A stretch of DNA of 64,000 nucleotides from Gammaproteobacteria bacterium (GCA_030431775.1 JAUIHW010000009.1:46525-110524); one strand, 5' to 3'; positions 25,558 to 36,515 are shown, numbered from the stretch's first letter. The notes: generated by a model not told the origin, from the sequence alone. Numbers and translations are program-made.

Positions 25558-26622
25558 TTACTGCGCCAGGCCCAGAGCCTCGGCAATGCGGGCCCAGGGC
25601 ACCAGGGTGAAGTTCTGGTTGGCCTTGGGGGCGGTGTTTTTACCGTCCTGTACCACCAGCAGGCCCTGGCTGTATTCGCCGCCCAGGTTGGCGCTGGTAA
25701 CGGCCAGGCCGTCGGTTTCCTGGGCGCCATCGATTACCGGCTCAATGCCTTCCGGGGTGTCGCCAATGCGGAATGAGCCAACGTGCTTCAGGTCGCGGTC
25801 TGCCAACAGTTGGTACACGGCAAAGCTGTTGTTGCCCTGGCTGGAAACCACCAGGTAGCTGTGGTTTTTGCCGTGGTAGATGTCCATGCCTTCTACATCG
25901 GCCTTCAGATAAGGGCTGGCTTTTACGTCATCCACCAGAATGCGGCTGATATCGAGCTTCAGGTTGGCGGGCATGGCCCACAGGCCCTTGTTCTCCTCGC
26001 CGATGTACAGAATGCCTTTGCGGTCGGCGGCAGCGCAGCCTTCGGGCTGGCTGTCCAGTTGCATGCGGGCGATCAGTTTGGGTTTCAGCTCGCCGCTGGG
26101 GTTCAGCCGCCACTGCTGGTACTCGCCGTTTTTGCCGTTTACGTACACCATGGCCTGCTTGCTGCCGGTGCGCAGCATGCAGATGCCGTATGGGTCTTCC
26201 AGGTCCAGTTTTTGCTCAAACACGAATTCAATCTGGCCATCGGGGCTGATAGTGAATACATCAAAGCTTTTGTGGGTGCGGTTGCTGGCCACGGCCACGG
26301 TAGTCAGTTGGTCGCCCAGGCCAATGCCGTCGCGCAGGTCAACGTTGTTGAGGCGGCCGCGGTCGATGAACGCCACCTGTTCGCCCTGAAGGTTATAGGC
26401 CAGCAGGCCGGCGCGCTTGTTGGTGCCCAGAATCAGGCTCTTTGCCGGTTCAGTGGGGTGCACCCAGATGGCCGGGTCATCGGCAGCGTCGTCGGCATCG
26501 GCAACCGGCACGGTTTCCGCGCTGGGGTATACCGTCTTGAAGTCATAGTCGGGAATAGAAGCACAAGCGCCCAGGGCCAGGCCCAGGGCGCTTGCAAACA
26601 GTCCGTTCTTATATGTTTTCAT
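25558..26622 (-). CDS. beta-propeller phytase (3-phytase), lipoprotein
   Basis: Lipobox LALGAC. DDPAIWVHP and repeated propeller segments typical of BPP phytases. Confidence 0.75.
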   Translation of the reverse strand: MKTYKNGLFASALGLALGACASIPDYDFKTVYPSAETVPVADADDAADDPAIWVHPTEPAKSLILGTNKRAGLLAYNLQGEQVAFIDRGRLNNVDLRDGIGLGDQLTTVAVASNRTHKSFDVFTISPDGQIEFVFEQKLDLEDPYGICMLRTGSKQAMVYVNGKNGEYQQWRLNPSGELKPKLIARMQLDSQPEGCAAADRKGILYIGEENKGLWAMPANLKLDISRILVDDVKASPYLKADVEGMDIYHGKNHSYLVVSSQGNNSFAVYQLLADRDLKHVGSFRIGDTPEGIEPVIDGAQETDGLAVTSANLGGEYSQGLLVVQDGKNTAPKANQNFTLVPWARIAEALGLAQ

Positions 26623-26634
26623 GGTTGGTCAGCT

Positions 26635-29520
26635 TTAAAAATTGCGATAAGTAACACCCAGTGCAAACGAGCGGCCAATTTCATCGTACTGGCCGTTAAA
26701 CCGCCGCTCACCGAAGTAACGGTAGTTTGACTCTTCGTTTATATTAATCGCATTGAAGAACACCTGGAAGTTTTCGTTGATGTCGTACTTCGCGGTGAAG
26801 TCAATCTGGTGGTGGGCGTCTTCCAACAGGTCATTACTCTCATCTTCCAGGTTAATCTCGGCAATGCGCTCGCTGATGTAGGCCGATGACAGACGCAGGC
26901 TCAAGCCGTACTTCTCATAGCCCAGCACCACATTGGCGATGCTATCGGCCTGCAGTGGCAGTTCGCTTTCGTTAGAGCGCTCGGCATCAGCCGGCAGGCC
27001 CAGGTCGGCGTCGCTGTCGGTGAAGGTGGCGTTTACCATGAACAGGAAGCCGTCCAGTGCGCCGCTAAATTGCCGGGACCAGGAAAGTTCCAGGCCGTAC
27101 AGCTCGGCCGTTGCGCCGTTCAGCGGCTGGAACACTTCGATGTCGGTTACCGGAATGTTGCCGGAAAATTGCGCCGGGTCAACCACGGAGCTGACGTCAG
27201 CGTTAAAAATAAAGTTGTCGATGTCCTTGTAGAACACACCGGCCGAGAACACACCCAGCGCTTCGTCGTAGTATTCCACGGCGAAGTCCAGGTTTTGTGA
27301 TTCGTAGGGCTCCAGGTTTGGGTTGCCGGCTTCCACGGCCAGTTCGATGTCGCCGTCGTTGTCTTCAATTTCAATGGCGTCAGCGGTAGGGGTGATCTGG
27401 CCAAAAGAGGGCCGTGCAATGGACTGTGTATAGGCCGCACGAACAATCAGATTGTCGGTGGGCTTAACCCGAATATTCACGCTGGGCAGCACATGGCTGT
27501 AGTCGTCTTTGAAGCGGACCGGCTCAATCTGCACGTCGTCCTGGCCGTCCACGTCCACTTCGCGCACCAGAAAGCCATTGGATTCCACGTCGGTCTGCTC
27601 CCAGCGCAGGCCAAACACCACACGCCAGGTGTCGAAGTCCAGGCGGCTCATGGCGTACAGAGCGGTTACGTCCTCTTCGACCGTGTAGTCGCGGGCGGAA
27701 TCCAGCCGGGTGCCGTCTTCGTCCATGATGAACGGGCAGGCGTCTTCGTCGTAGGTGGCCAGCTGGCAGGCCGCATTGCCGGCAATGTTGCTGTTCACAA
27801 AATTGCGCTGCAAATCAGAGCTGATGAACGGGCCGTAATTGCCCAGGGTGAAATCGGTATTGCCGCTAACGAAATCGCTTAGCAGCACGTCGTCACCAAA
27901 GGCGTCGCCGAAGTCTTCGAAGATTCGGGCGTTAACATCGTTGGTTTTTTCCCGCGTGCGAAATTTACCACCGAACTTGACATAACCATTGTTGCCGTCG
28001 TTAAAGGTGAACTCGCGCTTTATGTCCAGTTTGAAGGCGGTTTCCTCATCCTCGGTGCGGTTGTCTTCGGTAACAATCTCTTCCAGGGTGAAGTTGCTGG
28101 GGTCTGCGCCATCTGGCGAGAACACCAGGGCCGGCTGCTCGCCAATCGAGTTGTAACCGGCGCTGGCCACCTCATCGTAGGCGAATTCGCTGTCGATGCG
28201 GCCCGGCTCTTCTTCGGAGGCTTCCGAATAGCCCACGCTGTATTCCAGCGTCCACAGGTTGATGTGGTTTTCACCACCAATCATCACGCTGGAAATTTCC
28301 TGTTCTTCATAACGGTCTTTCAGCTCACGCTGCAATTCGGTGCCGGTCGCTGTCAGGGAGGTATCGGTGAATGCCACGTCGCCTTCGTCCAGCTTGAATT
28401 CAATGCGGTTACGGAATTCCTGGTCGCTGAATTTGCTGTACAGGCTGCGCAGGTAATAGCTGTGGTCTTCGTTGGCGCGGTAGTCCAAGTTAAGCGCATA
28501 GCCCTCGCGCTCACGGGTGACTATGTAGTCGCGCAGTTCCATTTCTTCCTGGAAGCGCACGCCGTCTTCCTCGCTCCAGCCGCCATCGGATTCCACATTG
28601 TCGGTACCGAAGTTGCGCTCGTTGGTGGACGCGCTGAAGGCCACGCCCAGCTCACCTTCGCCCAGGTCGAACACATTGGTGAAGCTGGCCGACACTTTAT
28701 GGCCGTTGTCGTCTTCCAGGTCGTTGTAGTAGCCGTGCGCGTTGATCTTGAAGCTCATGTCTTCGCGGTCGAAGGCGGTCAGGCTCTTGATGTTGATGGT
28801 GCCGCCAATGGAGTCGCCGTCCTGGTCAGGCGTTAAGGTTTTGGTGACCTCGAGGCTTTCCACGAGATCCGATGGAATCACATCCAGCGCCACATTGCGG
28901 CGGTCGCTTTCCGGTGCCGGCACGTTCAGGCCATTAATCTGTGCCACGTTCAGGTTGGGGTCGATGCCGCGCACGCCCACAAAGCGCCCTTCGCCCTGGT
29001 CGCGCTCAATGAACACACCGGTCACCCGCTGCAGCGCTTCGGACACGTTCTCGTCCGGAAACTGGCCGATGGAGTCGGCAGTCACCACAGAAATCAGGTT
29101 GTCCGCCGCGCGCATCTGGTTCAGTGCACGGAAGGCACCGGCGCGCTGGCCGATCACAATCACGTTTTCAATCTGACGAATCTCGTCACCGATGCCGATG
29201 GTCTCGCGCGCGGTCTGGCCGTCCACCACGGTAACCTGGGTGGAGACCGGCTCGGTGCCAATGTAGGACACGGTTAAAGTATGCGTGCCCGCGGGTACGC
29301 TCTTGAAGCGAAAACGGCCGCCGTCGTCGCTGCGGGTTTCCAGCGGGGTGCCGTTGATGCTAACGATTGCGCCGTCGAAAAATACCTTGCCGCTTTGGTC
29401 GCTGATGCGGCCTTCAATAGCGCCGTCGGCCAGAGCAAGCGGGCTGATAATACCCATGGCGACCAGGGTGGCCAGTGAAGATACTGTACAAGTGCGATGT
29501 TTCGGGGCGGTTTTGCGCAT
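26635..29520 (-). CDS. TonB-dependent receptor with N-terminal carboxypeptidase-regulatory-like domain
   Basis: Signal peptide, CarboxypepD_reg-like segment, plug, long beta-barrel, terminal ...GVTYRNF. Confidence 0.85.
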   Translation of the reverse strand: MRKTAPKHRTCTVSSLATLVAMGIISPLALADGAIEGRISDQSGKVFFDGAIVSINGTPLETRSDDGGRFRFKSVPAGTHTLTVSYIGTEPVSTQVTVVDGQTARETIGIGDEIRQIENVIVIGQRAGAFRALNQMRAADNLISVVTADSIGQFPDENVSEALQRVTGVFIERDQGEGRFVGVRGIDPNLNVAQINGLNVPAPESDRRNVALDVIPSDLVESLEVTKTLTPDQDGDSIGGTINIKSLTAFDREDMSFKINAHGYYNDLEDDNGHKVSASFTNVFDLGEGELGVAFSASTNERNFGTDNVESDGGWSEEDGVRFQEEMELRDYIVTREREGYALNLDYRANEDHSYYLRSLYSKFSDQEFRNRIEFKLDEGDVAFTDTSLTATGTELQRELKDRYEEQEISSVMIGGENHINLWTLEYSVGYSEASEEEPGRIDSEFAYDEVASAGYNSIGEQPALVFSPDGADPSNFTLEEIVTEDNRTEDEETAFKLDIKREFTFNDGNNGYVKFGGKFRTREKTNDVNARIFEDFGDAFGDDVLLSDFVSGNTDFTLGNYGPFISSDLQRNFVNSNIAGNAACQLATYDEDACPFIMDEDGTRLDSARDYTVEEDVTALYAMSRLDFDTWRVVFGLRWEQTDVESNGFLVREVDVDGQDDVQIEPVRFKDDYSHVLPSVNIRVKPTDNLIVRAAYTQSIARPSFGQITPTADAIEIEDNDGDIELAVEAGNPNLEPYESQNLDFAVEYYDEALGVFSAGVFYKDIDNFIFNADVSSVVDPAQFSGNIPVTDIEVFQPLNGATAELYGLELSWSRQFSGALDGFLFMVNATFTDSDADLGLPADAERSNESELPLQADSIANVVLGYEKYGLSLRLSSAYISERIAEINLEDESNDLLEDAHHQIDFTAKYDINENFQVFFNAININEESNYRYFGERRFNGQYDEIGRSFALGVTYRNF

Positions 29521-29690
29521 GGGAACCTCTGCGTTTTGAAGGAGCGCAGAGCGTACTCAGGCTTTATGACAGCCCTTTGTAAGTTCTGTTAAAGGTTGAT
29601 GACGCAAGTCGCTGAGTCGGCAGGGCTTTGCAAAGGTGATCTCGGCATGGGTTTGGAACGTATACCAGTAAAACCATCGCAGAATGACTT

Positions 29691-30239
29691 ATGGCAAAGT
29701 TTTATCCCCTGCTGCTCGGCTGTGTTGCCCTGCTGTCTGTAGCCTGCTCCAATGTCACGGTTGAGCAATACAGTGAATTCGAGCCGACGTTAACACTGGA
29801 AGCATTCTTTTCCGGCCCGCTAACAGCCCATGGTGTGGTGAAAAACCGCGGCGGCAAAGTGATTCGAACCTTCAATGCCGACATCCAGGCTTCCTGGCAC
29901 AAGGGTGTGGGCACTTTGGTTGAAGATTTCGTGTTTGACGACGGTGAACAGCAGCAACGCATCTGGACTCTGACCCCCAACGGTGATGGTCGCTACATTG
30001 GCCGCGCCGGCGATGTGGTGGGTGATGGCCAGCTGACCGTGGCCGGCAACAGCATGTTCCTGGACTATGTGCTGCGCATTCCCTACAAAGGGTCTACGGT
30101 GGACGTGCGCGTGGACGACCGCATGTACCTGGTGGAGCCGAACGTGCTGATCAACGAGTCGGTGATGAGCAAGTTCGGGTTTCGGGTGGGCAGCCTGGCG
30201 CTGGTGATTATTCGCCAGTCAGGTCCAGCAGGCGTTTAA
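29691..30239 (+). CDS. DUF3833-like lipoprotein
   Basis: Lipobox SVAC. FFSGPLTAHGVVKNRGGKVIRTF pattern. Confidence 0.6.
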   Translation: MAKFYPLLLGCVALLSVACSNVTVEQYSEFEPTLTLEAFFSGPLTAHGVVKNRGGKVIRTFNADIQASWHKGVGTLVEDFVFDDGEQQQRIWTLTPNGDGRYIGRAGDVVGDGQLTVAGNSMFLDYVLRIPYKGSTVDVRVDDRMYLVEPNVLINESVMSKFGFRVGSLALVIIRQSGPAGV

Positions 30240-31266
30240 CCGGCGCGGCCAGGCCGAGCCTGGACGGAGCTGCCGGGTTATACCATTGCCCGCCAGCTTC
30301 CTTAACCATTGTGGTCGCTTGAGCCACGCTCACCAACAGAGGCTGGATGTCCAGATGGTAGTGACTGAAAGTGTGCCGGTAAGCGGGCAGGGCCTGGCTG
30401 CCCTCAGCATGCAAGCCCAGCGCGTTACAAATGACGTTCACGTCGGCCTGGCTTGCCGTTTCCGGCAGGCTCCACAGGCCACCCCAGATTCCGCTGGGCG
30501 GACGCTTTTCCAGCCAGATTTCCCCGGCCGGGTTTTGCAGAAGAAGCATGCAGGTTTGTTTAACAGGCTTCTCCTTTCGCGGCCTGCCCTGTGGGTAAGT
30601 GCTCACTTCGCCGCGGGCGTAAGCCTGACATTGCTCAAGGAGCGGGCACTGCTGGCAGTTAGGCCGGCTGCGGGTGCACACGGTGGCGCCCAGGTCCATG
30701 ATGGCCTGGGTGTAGTCGGCCGGGCGTTCTTGCGGGGTTAGTTCGTCGGCCAGTTGCCATAAGCGTTTGGCAACCGCGCTCTGGCCGTACCAGCCTTCCA
30801 CACAGTGCAGCCGGCTGAGTACGCGCTTGACGTTGCCATCCAGAATCAGCGCACGCTGCTGGCGTGAGATGGCATGAATGGCGCCGGCCGTGCTGCGGCC
30901 TATGCCCGGCAGTTGCTCCAGCTCTTCCACGCTGTTTGGAAATTCACCACCCAGTTCGTCGCTCACTATTTGCGCACAGCGGTGCAGGTTACGGGCGCGA
31001 GCGTAGTAGCCCAGCCCGGTCCAGTGATGCAACACCTCGTCTTCGTGCGCAGCGGCCAGTGCCTGCACACTCGGGAAACTCGCCATGAAACGCTGGTAAT
31101 ACGGGATAACCGTGGACACCTGGGTTTGCTGCAGCATGATCTCGCTGACCCACACCCGGTAGGGGGTGGTGTTGTGCTGCCAGGGCAGGTCTTTGCGACC
31201 GTGCCGGTCAAACCAGGCCAGAATGAGCTGGCCCGGGTGTTGGGCTGAGGGCGCGTCCCCGGTCAG
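30208..31266 (-). CDS. mutY: A/G-specific adenine glycosylase MutY (start codon uncertain)
   Basis: PYRVWVSEIMLQQTQV, HhH-GPD GIGRSTAGAI, a Cys cluster (CX6CX2CP) and a NUDIX-like C-terminus. The conserved N-terminus LILAWFDRHGRKDLPWQ is in frame upstream of the first GTG (31155). The end given here is an in-frame CTG. Confidence 0.85.
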   Translation of the reverse strand: MTGDAPSAQHPGQLILAWFDRHGRKDLPWQHNTTPYRVWVSEIMLQQTQVSTVIPYYQRFMASFPSVQALAAAHEDEVLHHWTGLGYYARARNLHRCAQIVSDELGGEFPNSVEELEQLPGIGRSTAGAIHAISRQQRALILDGNVKRVLSRLHCVEGWYGQSAVAKRLWQLADELTPQERPADYTQAIMDLGATVCTRSRPNCQQCPLLEQCQAYARGEVSTYPQGRPRKEKPVKQTCMLLLQNPAGEIWLEKRPPSGIWGGLWSLPETASQADVNVICNALGLHAEGSQALPAYRHTFSHYHLDIQPLLVSVAQATTMVKEAGGQWYNPAAPSRLGLAAPVKRLLDLTGE

Positions 31267-33422
31267 AACAGCTTCTCTAACAGCTTGCGTTTCAATGCGT
31301 CTTCCGGGTCTTCCTCTTCACCTTCCTTGGGCGCGTCGCCAAGGAATTTCTCCGTTAACTTCTTCTTGGCTTCGGCCTTCAGCAGCTGTTTGGCTACCTT
31401 GCCGAGGCCGGAGGTGTCGATGCCACAAAGATCACCCGGGTCATCGCTAAGCGCCCCCTTACAGCGAATCGGCCAGCCGATGTCGCGGTATTTTTCGTTA
31501 ATCGCACAGGCCGACTCAGTGCCGTCTTCGCCCGGCTCGCTGAGGTCCCCGGTAATGTGCAGGGCCACGCGGTAGTCCACAGTTTCCGCGTTCAGGTCCA
31601 ACACACCGCCGCCTTTCACCTGCATATTGTCCAGCGTTGCGGCCAGGTCATCGTTTTTGCCCACACCATCGACGAACTGGAAGGTGCCGCCAAGCTTCCG
31701 AAACTCGGTGGTGGCTGGCCACTGCTTGGCAGGGTCGAGAGGCTTTTGGCGTACCTGGGCAATCGCCTGGCAGGCCAGCTTGTCGACGTTCAGGTTATTG
31801 AGTTTGGCCTCTTCAATACCAAACTTCACCGGCCCGTTCAGGCTGCTCTGGAAGGCTGCGGTACTGTTGCCGCGGGTGCGCAGGTTCGCGTCAAAAAAAG
31901 CGGTGCCGCTTACCGTGGAAAGGTCGGCAAAGTCGACCATCAGGGGTCTCAGCTGTACGCTGTTCAACTTGGCGTTCATCTGAATACTTGGGTTGTCACT
32001 GCGTCCGTCCACGGTGGCGGTCATGCTCATGGTGCCCTCATACATATTGGCGCCCAGCTTGGTCAGCTTGATCAGGCCTTTGTTGCCAATGGCGGTCATG
32101 GCCAGGTCGCTGATGGTAAGGCCGCCGGCAATTACCTCCTGCAGACCGAATTCAGCGCGGAACAGCAGGTCACGCAGCGCCGCCAGAGGCAGCAGGGCCG
32201 CACTAGGGTCGCTTTCGTCGGCCACTTCTTCATCGCTGGCCGGTGAGGAGTAATCGTCGATATTGATACGATCGCCCTTGAGCACAAATACATAGGCGTT
32301 TTTGTCCAGATTGCTAATGCCCATGCGGCCTTGCAAGTTGGTGTCATCCAGCTTCAAGGTCACCGGGTTCAGCAGGAAGCTGTTGGCAGGGCCAGCCAGG
32401 GTACCGTCAAAGCTGATTGAACTCATGGCATCGGCCCGCTTGAACTCGGGTGCCTCCATGCCAAGGGCCTGCAGCAGCTTGGGCAGGCTGAACGACGGCA
32501 CGCTAACCTTGCCTTTAAAGGTGGGTTTGTCGTCAAGCCCGGTCGCCTGCAGTTGCATATTGGCGTTCAGCTCGCCGGCCAACGCAACACTAAGCTCCTC
32601 AAGATTGGCCGCGCTGTTGGCGCCGTCAAACTGGCCGCGGCTGCTCAGGCTCAGGCTGACTTTCTCGTTGGCGAAGGGCTCACCGCTGAGAAGAAAGTCG
32701 GCGTTCAGCTGCTCGAAGCTGAACAGCTGTTCGCGCATGTCGGCGGCAAGCAGTGCCTTGACTTGCGCCTGGGTCTGCAGGGCGGGTTCGCTCAGTGCCA
32801 CGTTAAAGCTCATATCCAGCGGGAACTGGTCGCCATTGGCGCTGATATTGGTGCTTTCGAAGTTAAAGTTGTTCAGCACAGTTTCGCTGCCGTCCTGCGC
32901 GTTGCTCATGTGCACGGCCGAATCAACGATGGCTATTTTGGCAATGTCTACGGCCAGTGGGCCAGCGGCAACGCCGTTGCCGTCGTCGCTGCTGTTGCCG
33001 TCTGCAGAAGCACTTCCGCCCTCAGGGAAGATACGCTCCCAATTGGCCACGCCGTTTTTGTCAGTGTGCAGGTTCAGCTTCAGACCGCGCACAGTCAAAC
33101 CGTCGGCCTCCACGGCCAGGCCCAGCAGGGGCAGCAGTTTTACGCTCAGCTCCACTCCGTCCAGTGCGGCAAATGCTTGTTCACGGTCTTCCGGCAGCGA
33201 ATAGCGCACTTCATTCAGCTCTACGCCAATGCTTGGGAATATCGACCAGTTCAGCTCGCCGTCGATGGCCAGCGAACCGCGGGTGTTCTTTTCCACCACC
33301 TCAATGATTTGCGGTTTGAAATCGTTGGGATCGATGATGATGCTGGCCACCAGGCCGATCAACACCGGTACCAGCAGTACCGCCAATACGGCAATGGCCA
33401 CCCATTTGAACAGTGCTTTCAT
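31263..33422 (-). CDS. asmA: AsmA family protein
   Basis: N-terminal TM helix, long beta-rich body, conserved C-terminal AsmA segment, charged tail. Confidence 0.75.
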   Translation of the reverse strand: MKALFKWVAIAVLAVLLVPVLIGLVASIIIDPNDFKPQIIEVVEKNTRGSLAIDGELNWSIFPSIGVELNEVRYSLPEDREQAFAALDGVELSVKLLPLLGLAVEADGLTVRGLKLNLHTDKNGVANWERIFPEGGSASADGNSSDDGNGVAAGPLAVDIAKIAIVDSAVHMSNAQDGSETVLNNFNFESTNISANGDQFPLDMSFNVALSEPALQTQAQVKALLAADMREQLFSFEQLNADFLLSGEPFANEKVSLSLSSRGQFDGANSAANLEELSVALAGELNANMQLQATGLDDKPTFKGKVSVPSFSLPKLLQALGMEAPEFKRADAMSSISFDGTLAGPANSFLLNPVTLKLDDTNLQGRMGISNLDKNAYVFVLKGDRINIDDYSSPASDEEVADESDPSAALLPLAALRDLLFRAEFGLQEVIAGGLTISDLAMTAIGNKGLIKLTKLGANMYEGTMSMTATVDGRSDNPSIQMNAKLNSVQLRPLMVDFADLSTVSGTAFFDANLRTRGNSTAAFQSSLNGPVKFGIEEAKLNNLNVDKLACQAIAQVRQKPLDPAKQWPATTEFRKLGGTFQFVDGVGKNDDLAATLDNMQVKGGGVLDLNAETVDYRVALHITGDLSEPGEDGTESACAINEKYRDIGWPIRCKGALSDDPGDLCGIDTSGLGKVAKQLLKAEAKKKLTEKFLGDAPKEGEEEDPEDALKRKLLEKLF

Positions 33423-33558
33423 TATCATTCCATGGCGCTTAAACGACGGCAAAAATAGCATAAATAGCCGCCTGCCGTCGCGTCGGTAAAAGTTAAATGC
33501 TGTGTCAGGGCTTTTTCTTTATAATCCGCGCTCTTTTCAGGCACAAATCGGGAATGCT

Positions 33559-34152
33559 ATGGCCGCGCGCACCGCATCAGTCAGCCGCGACACGCTGGAA
33601 ACCCAGATCAGCGTGGAGCTGAACCTGGACGGCACCGGAAAAGGTGAATTCAAAACCGGTGTACCTTTTCTGGAACACATGCTGGATCAGGTGGCCCGTC
33701 ACGGCATGCTGGACCTGAAGGTGACGGCTACCGGCGACACTGAAATTGATGACCACCACACGGTGGAAGACATTGGGATCACTATCGGCCAGGCGCTGGC
33801 GCTGGCGGTGGGCGACAAAAAAGGCCTGACCCGTTACGGCCATGCCTATGTGCCGCTGGATGAAGCGCTGTCGCGCGTGGTGGTGGATTTTTCCGGCCGG
33901 CCCGGCCTGGAGTATTACGTGCAGTACACGCGGGCCCGGATTGGCGAGTTTGACGTGGACTTGTTTCAGGAATTTTTTCAGGGTCTGGTCAACCACGCCC
34001 TGCTGACTCTGCACATTGACAACCTGCGCGGCCACAACAGCCACCACCAGGCGGAAACCATTTTCAAAGCCTTTGGCCGTGCCCTGCGTATGGCCCTGAC
34101 CATGGACGAGCGCGCTGCCGGCCAGATGCCATCCACCAAAGGCACACTCTGA
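33559..34152 (+). CDS. hisB: imidazoleglycerol-phosphate dehydratase
   Basis: [17 protein letters not shown]..., [11 protein letters not shown] and HHQAET motifs. ATG at 33559. Confidence 0.92.
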   Translation: MAARTASVSRDTLETQISVELNLDGTGKGEFKTGVPFLEHMLDQVARHGMLDLKVTATGDTEIDDHHTVEDIGITIGQALALAVGDKKGLTRYGHAYVPLDEALSRVVVDFSGRPGLEYYVQYTRARIGEFDVDLFQEFFQGLVNHALLTLHIDNLRGHNSHHQAETIFKAFGRALRMALTMDERAAGQMPSTKGTL

Positions 34153-34793
34153 TGGCGGACATTGCCGTTATGGATTACGGCATGGGTAATCTGCGCTCGG
34201 TAGCCAATGCGGTGCGCAAGGTCGCTCCGCACGCCGAGGTTGTGATCAGCCAGAATGCCGAGGAGATTCTCCGGGCAGAACGGGTGATATTCCCAGGTGT
34301 TGGAGCAATCCGTGATTGTATGGCCGAAATCCGTGCGGCGGGCTTCGACAAGGTTATTGCCGAAATTCACAATGCCAAACCTTTGCTGGCTATCTGTGTT
34401 GGTATGCAGGCATTGATGAGTTACAGCGAGGAAAACAACGGGGTTGAATGCCTGAACTTGTTTGCCGGTGAGGTAAAACGTTTTCCCGGTGGCCGGGCGG
34501 CCGATGGCAGCCAGCTAAAAGTACCGCTAATGGGTTGGAATAGCGTTCGCCAGAGCAGGCCTCATCCATTGTGGCAGGGCATCGCCGACGATGCGCGTTT
34601 TTACTTCGTGCACAGTTACTATGTGCAAGCCGAGGATGAGGGGCTGGTTGCGGGTATTTCCGACTACGGCCTGAGCTTTCCTGCGGCACTGGCCAGCGGC
34701 AAAACTTTCGCGACGCAGTTTCATCCTGAGAAAAGTCATACTAACGGTTTGAAGCTGCTGCACAACTTTGTGAATTGGAGTGGTGAATGCTGA
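34152..34793 (+). CDS. hisH: imidazole glycerol phosphate synthase, glutaminase subunit
   Basis: [14 protein letters not shown] (catalytic Cys), QFHPEKS. Confidence 0.92.
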   Translation: MADIAVMDYGMGNLRSVANAVRKVAPHAEVVISQNAEEILRAERVIFPGVGAIRDCMAEIRAAGFDKVIAEIHNAKPLLAICVGMQALMSYSEENNGVECLNLFAGEVKRFPGGRAADGSQLKVPLMGWNSVRQSRPHPLWQGIADDARFYFVHSYYVQAEDEGLVAGISDYGLSFPAALASGKTFATQFHPEKSHTNGLKLLHNFVNWSGEC

Positions 34794-35527
34794 TCATCCC
34801 GGCGATTGATCTGAAAGATGGCGAATGTGTGCGCCTGCGTCAGGGCCGTATGGAAGACTCCACGGTATTTTCCAAAGACCCGGTAGGCATGGCCCAGCAC
34901 TGGGTGGATTCCGGCTGCCGGCGCCTGCACCTGGTGGATTTAAACGGCGCCTTTGCCGGTGAGCCGGTGAATAAGGAAGTGATCAAACTGATTGCTGCCG
35001 GCAACCCGACTTTGCCCATTCAGATTGGCGGTGGCATCCGCAGTGTCAGCAATGCAGAAACCTATCTTGCAGCCGGTGTGGACTATGTAATTCTGGGCAC
35101 TATTGCGGTCAAAGATCCGGGCCTGACACTTGAAATATGCCGCGAATTTCCCGGCCAGGTCATTATTGGTCTGGACGCAAAAGACGGCATGGTGGCCACC
35201 GAAGGCTGGGCGGAAGCCTCCGACCGCCCGGTTGTTGAGCTGGCACAGGAGTACGAGGCGGCCGGGGTTTCGGCCATTGTGTATACCGACATAGAACGCG
35301 ACGGCATGATGCAGGGCCTAAACCTGCAGGCCACTGCGAGCCTTGCGCAAGCTATTGATATACCGGTAATCGCATCCGGCGGTATCAGCAATCTGGAAGA
35401 CGTACAAATGCTGTATCGACAGGCCCACCATGGCATTCTCGGTGCAATTACCGGGCGGGCTATTTACGAAGGCACGCTCGACCTGGCCGAAGCGCAGGCC
35501 TGGTGCGACCACCAGGAGGCTCGCTGA
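34787..35527 (+). CDS. hisA: ProFAR isomerase
   Basis: [30 protein letters not shown]. Confidence 0.92.
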   Translation: MLIIPAIDLKDGECVRLRQGRMEDSTVFSKDPVGMAQHWVDSGCRRLHLVDLNGAFAGEPVNKEVIKLIAAGNPTLPIQIGGGIRSVSNAETYLAAGVDYVILGTIAVKDPGLTLEICREFPGQVIIGLDAKDGMVATEGWAEASDRPVVELAQEYEAAGVSAIVYTDIERDGMMQGLNLQATASLAQAIDIPVIASGGISNLEDVQMLYRQAHHGILGAITGRAIYEGTLDLAEAQAWCDHQEAR

Positions 35528-36301
35528 ATGAGCCTGGCGAAGCGGATTATTCCCTGCCTGGACGTGGACCAGGGGCGGGTGGTCAAAGGGGTACGATTCG
35601 TTGATATTCGCGACGCCGGCGACCCGGTGGAAGTAGCCCGCCGCTATAACGAACAGGGCGCCGACGAAATTACTTTTCTCGACATTACCGCCAGCCATGA
35701 AGAGCGCGATACCACCTATCGCACCGTGGAGCGCATGGCCGAGCAAGTGTTTATTCCGCTGACGGTTGGGGGCGGGGTGCGTACGCTGGATGATATTCGC
35801 AGGCTGCTGAATGCCGGGGCCGATAAGGTGAGTATCAATACCACGGCCATTCATAATCCGCAATTTGTGCGCGAGGCGTCTGAACGATTTGGCTCGCAGT
35901 GCACTGTGGTGGCCATAGATGCGAAAAGTGTTGCCACCGAAGACGGCAGCGACCGCTGGGAAATTTTTACTCACGGCGGCCGCCGGCCAACCGGCATTGA
36001 TGCAGTTGAATGGGCGGTGCGTATGGCCGACTACGGTGCCGGTGAGCTGTTGTTAACCAGTATGGACCGTGACGGTACGAAAGACGGGTTTAACATTCCG
36101 CTCACCAGGGCTGTTAGCGACGCGGTGTCGGTGCCGGTGATAGCATCCGGTGGGGTCGGAGAATTACAGCACCTGGCCGACGGAATTCTTGAAGGTCATG
36201 CGGATGCGGTACTGGCTGCCAGTATTTTCCATTTCGGGGAATACACAGTGCAGCAGGCCAAGCAGCACCTGGCCAGCTGCGGGATTACGGTGCGGCTTTA
36301 G
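35528..36301 (+). CDS. hisF: imidazole glycerol phosphate synthase, cyclase subunit
   Basis: [35 protein letters not shown]. Confidence 0.93.
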   Translation: MSLAKRIIPCLDVDQGRVVKGVRFVDIRDAGDPVEVARRYNEQGADEITFLDITASHEERDTTYRTVERMAEQVFIPLTVGGGVRTLDDIRRLLNAGADKVSINTTAIHNPQFVREASERFGSQCTVVAIDAKSVATEDGSDRWEIFTHGGRRPTGIDAVEWAVRMADYGAGELLLTSMDRDGTKDGFNIPLTRAVSDAVSVPVIASGGVGELQHLADGILEGHADAVLAASIFHFGEYTVQQAKQHLASCGITVRL

Positions 36302-36515
36302 CCAGTGACTGGAAAAAGCGGGCCAGCACTCGTGGCTTGGCCAGCGCCAGAAACTCCAGGAAGTCTCGCAAGCCCTGGCTGGCATGGGTTTTGTCATTGA
36401 AAGGGCCGACGGCAGCCCCCTCACGCGTGGCAAAATACCACTGGGCATCGGCACTGAAAAAACGGTCCGAGCGCATCGGGATGATTCCCTGCTCGCCTTC
36501 GCGGTTTAGGTTCAT
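36285..36515 (-). CDS. small conserved protein (DUF6316-like), paralog 1
   Basis: [25 protein letters not shown]...LRDFLEFLA. Paralogous to 36565-36804. Confidence 0.5.
   Translation of the reverse strand: MNLNREGEQGIIPMRSDRFFSADAQWYFATREGAAVGPFNDKTHASQGLRDFLEFLALAKPRVLARFFQSLAKAAP

Noticed and set aside
25783-26730. 315-aa plus-strand ORF antisense to the phytase gene. Similar long antisense ORFs occur at 32302-33204 and 32553-33458 (asmA), 43818-44576 (ntrC), 28264-28836 (TonB receptor) and 39878-40525 (envC).
   Set aside because: These are typical shadow ORFs of GC-rich coding DNA. The products are low-complexity (Ala/Gly/Val/Gln/His-rich) with no motifs, while the opposite strand encodes clearly recognisable proteins.
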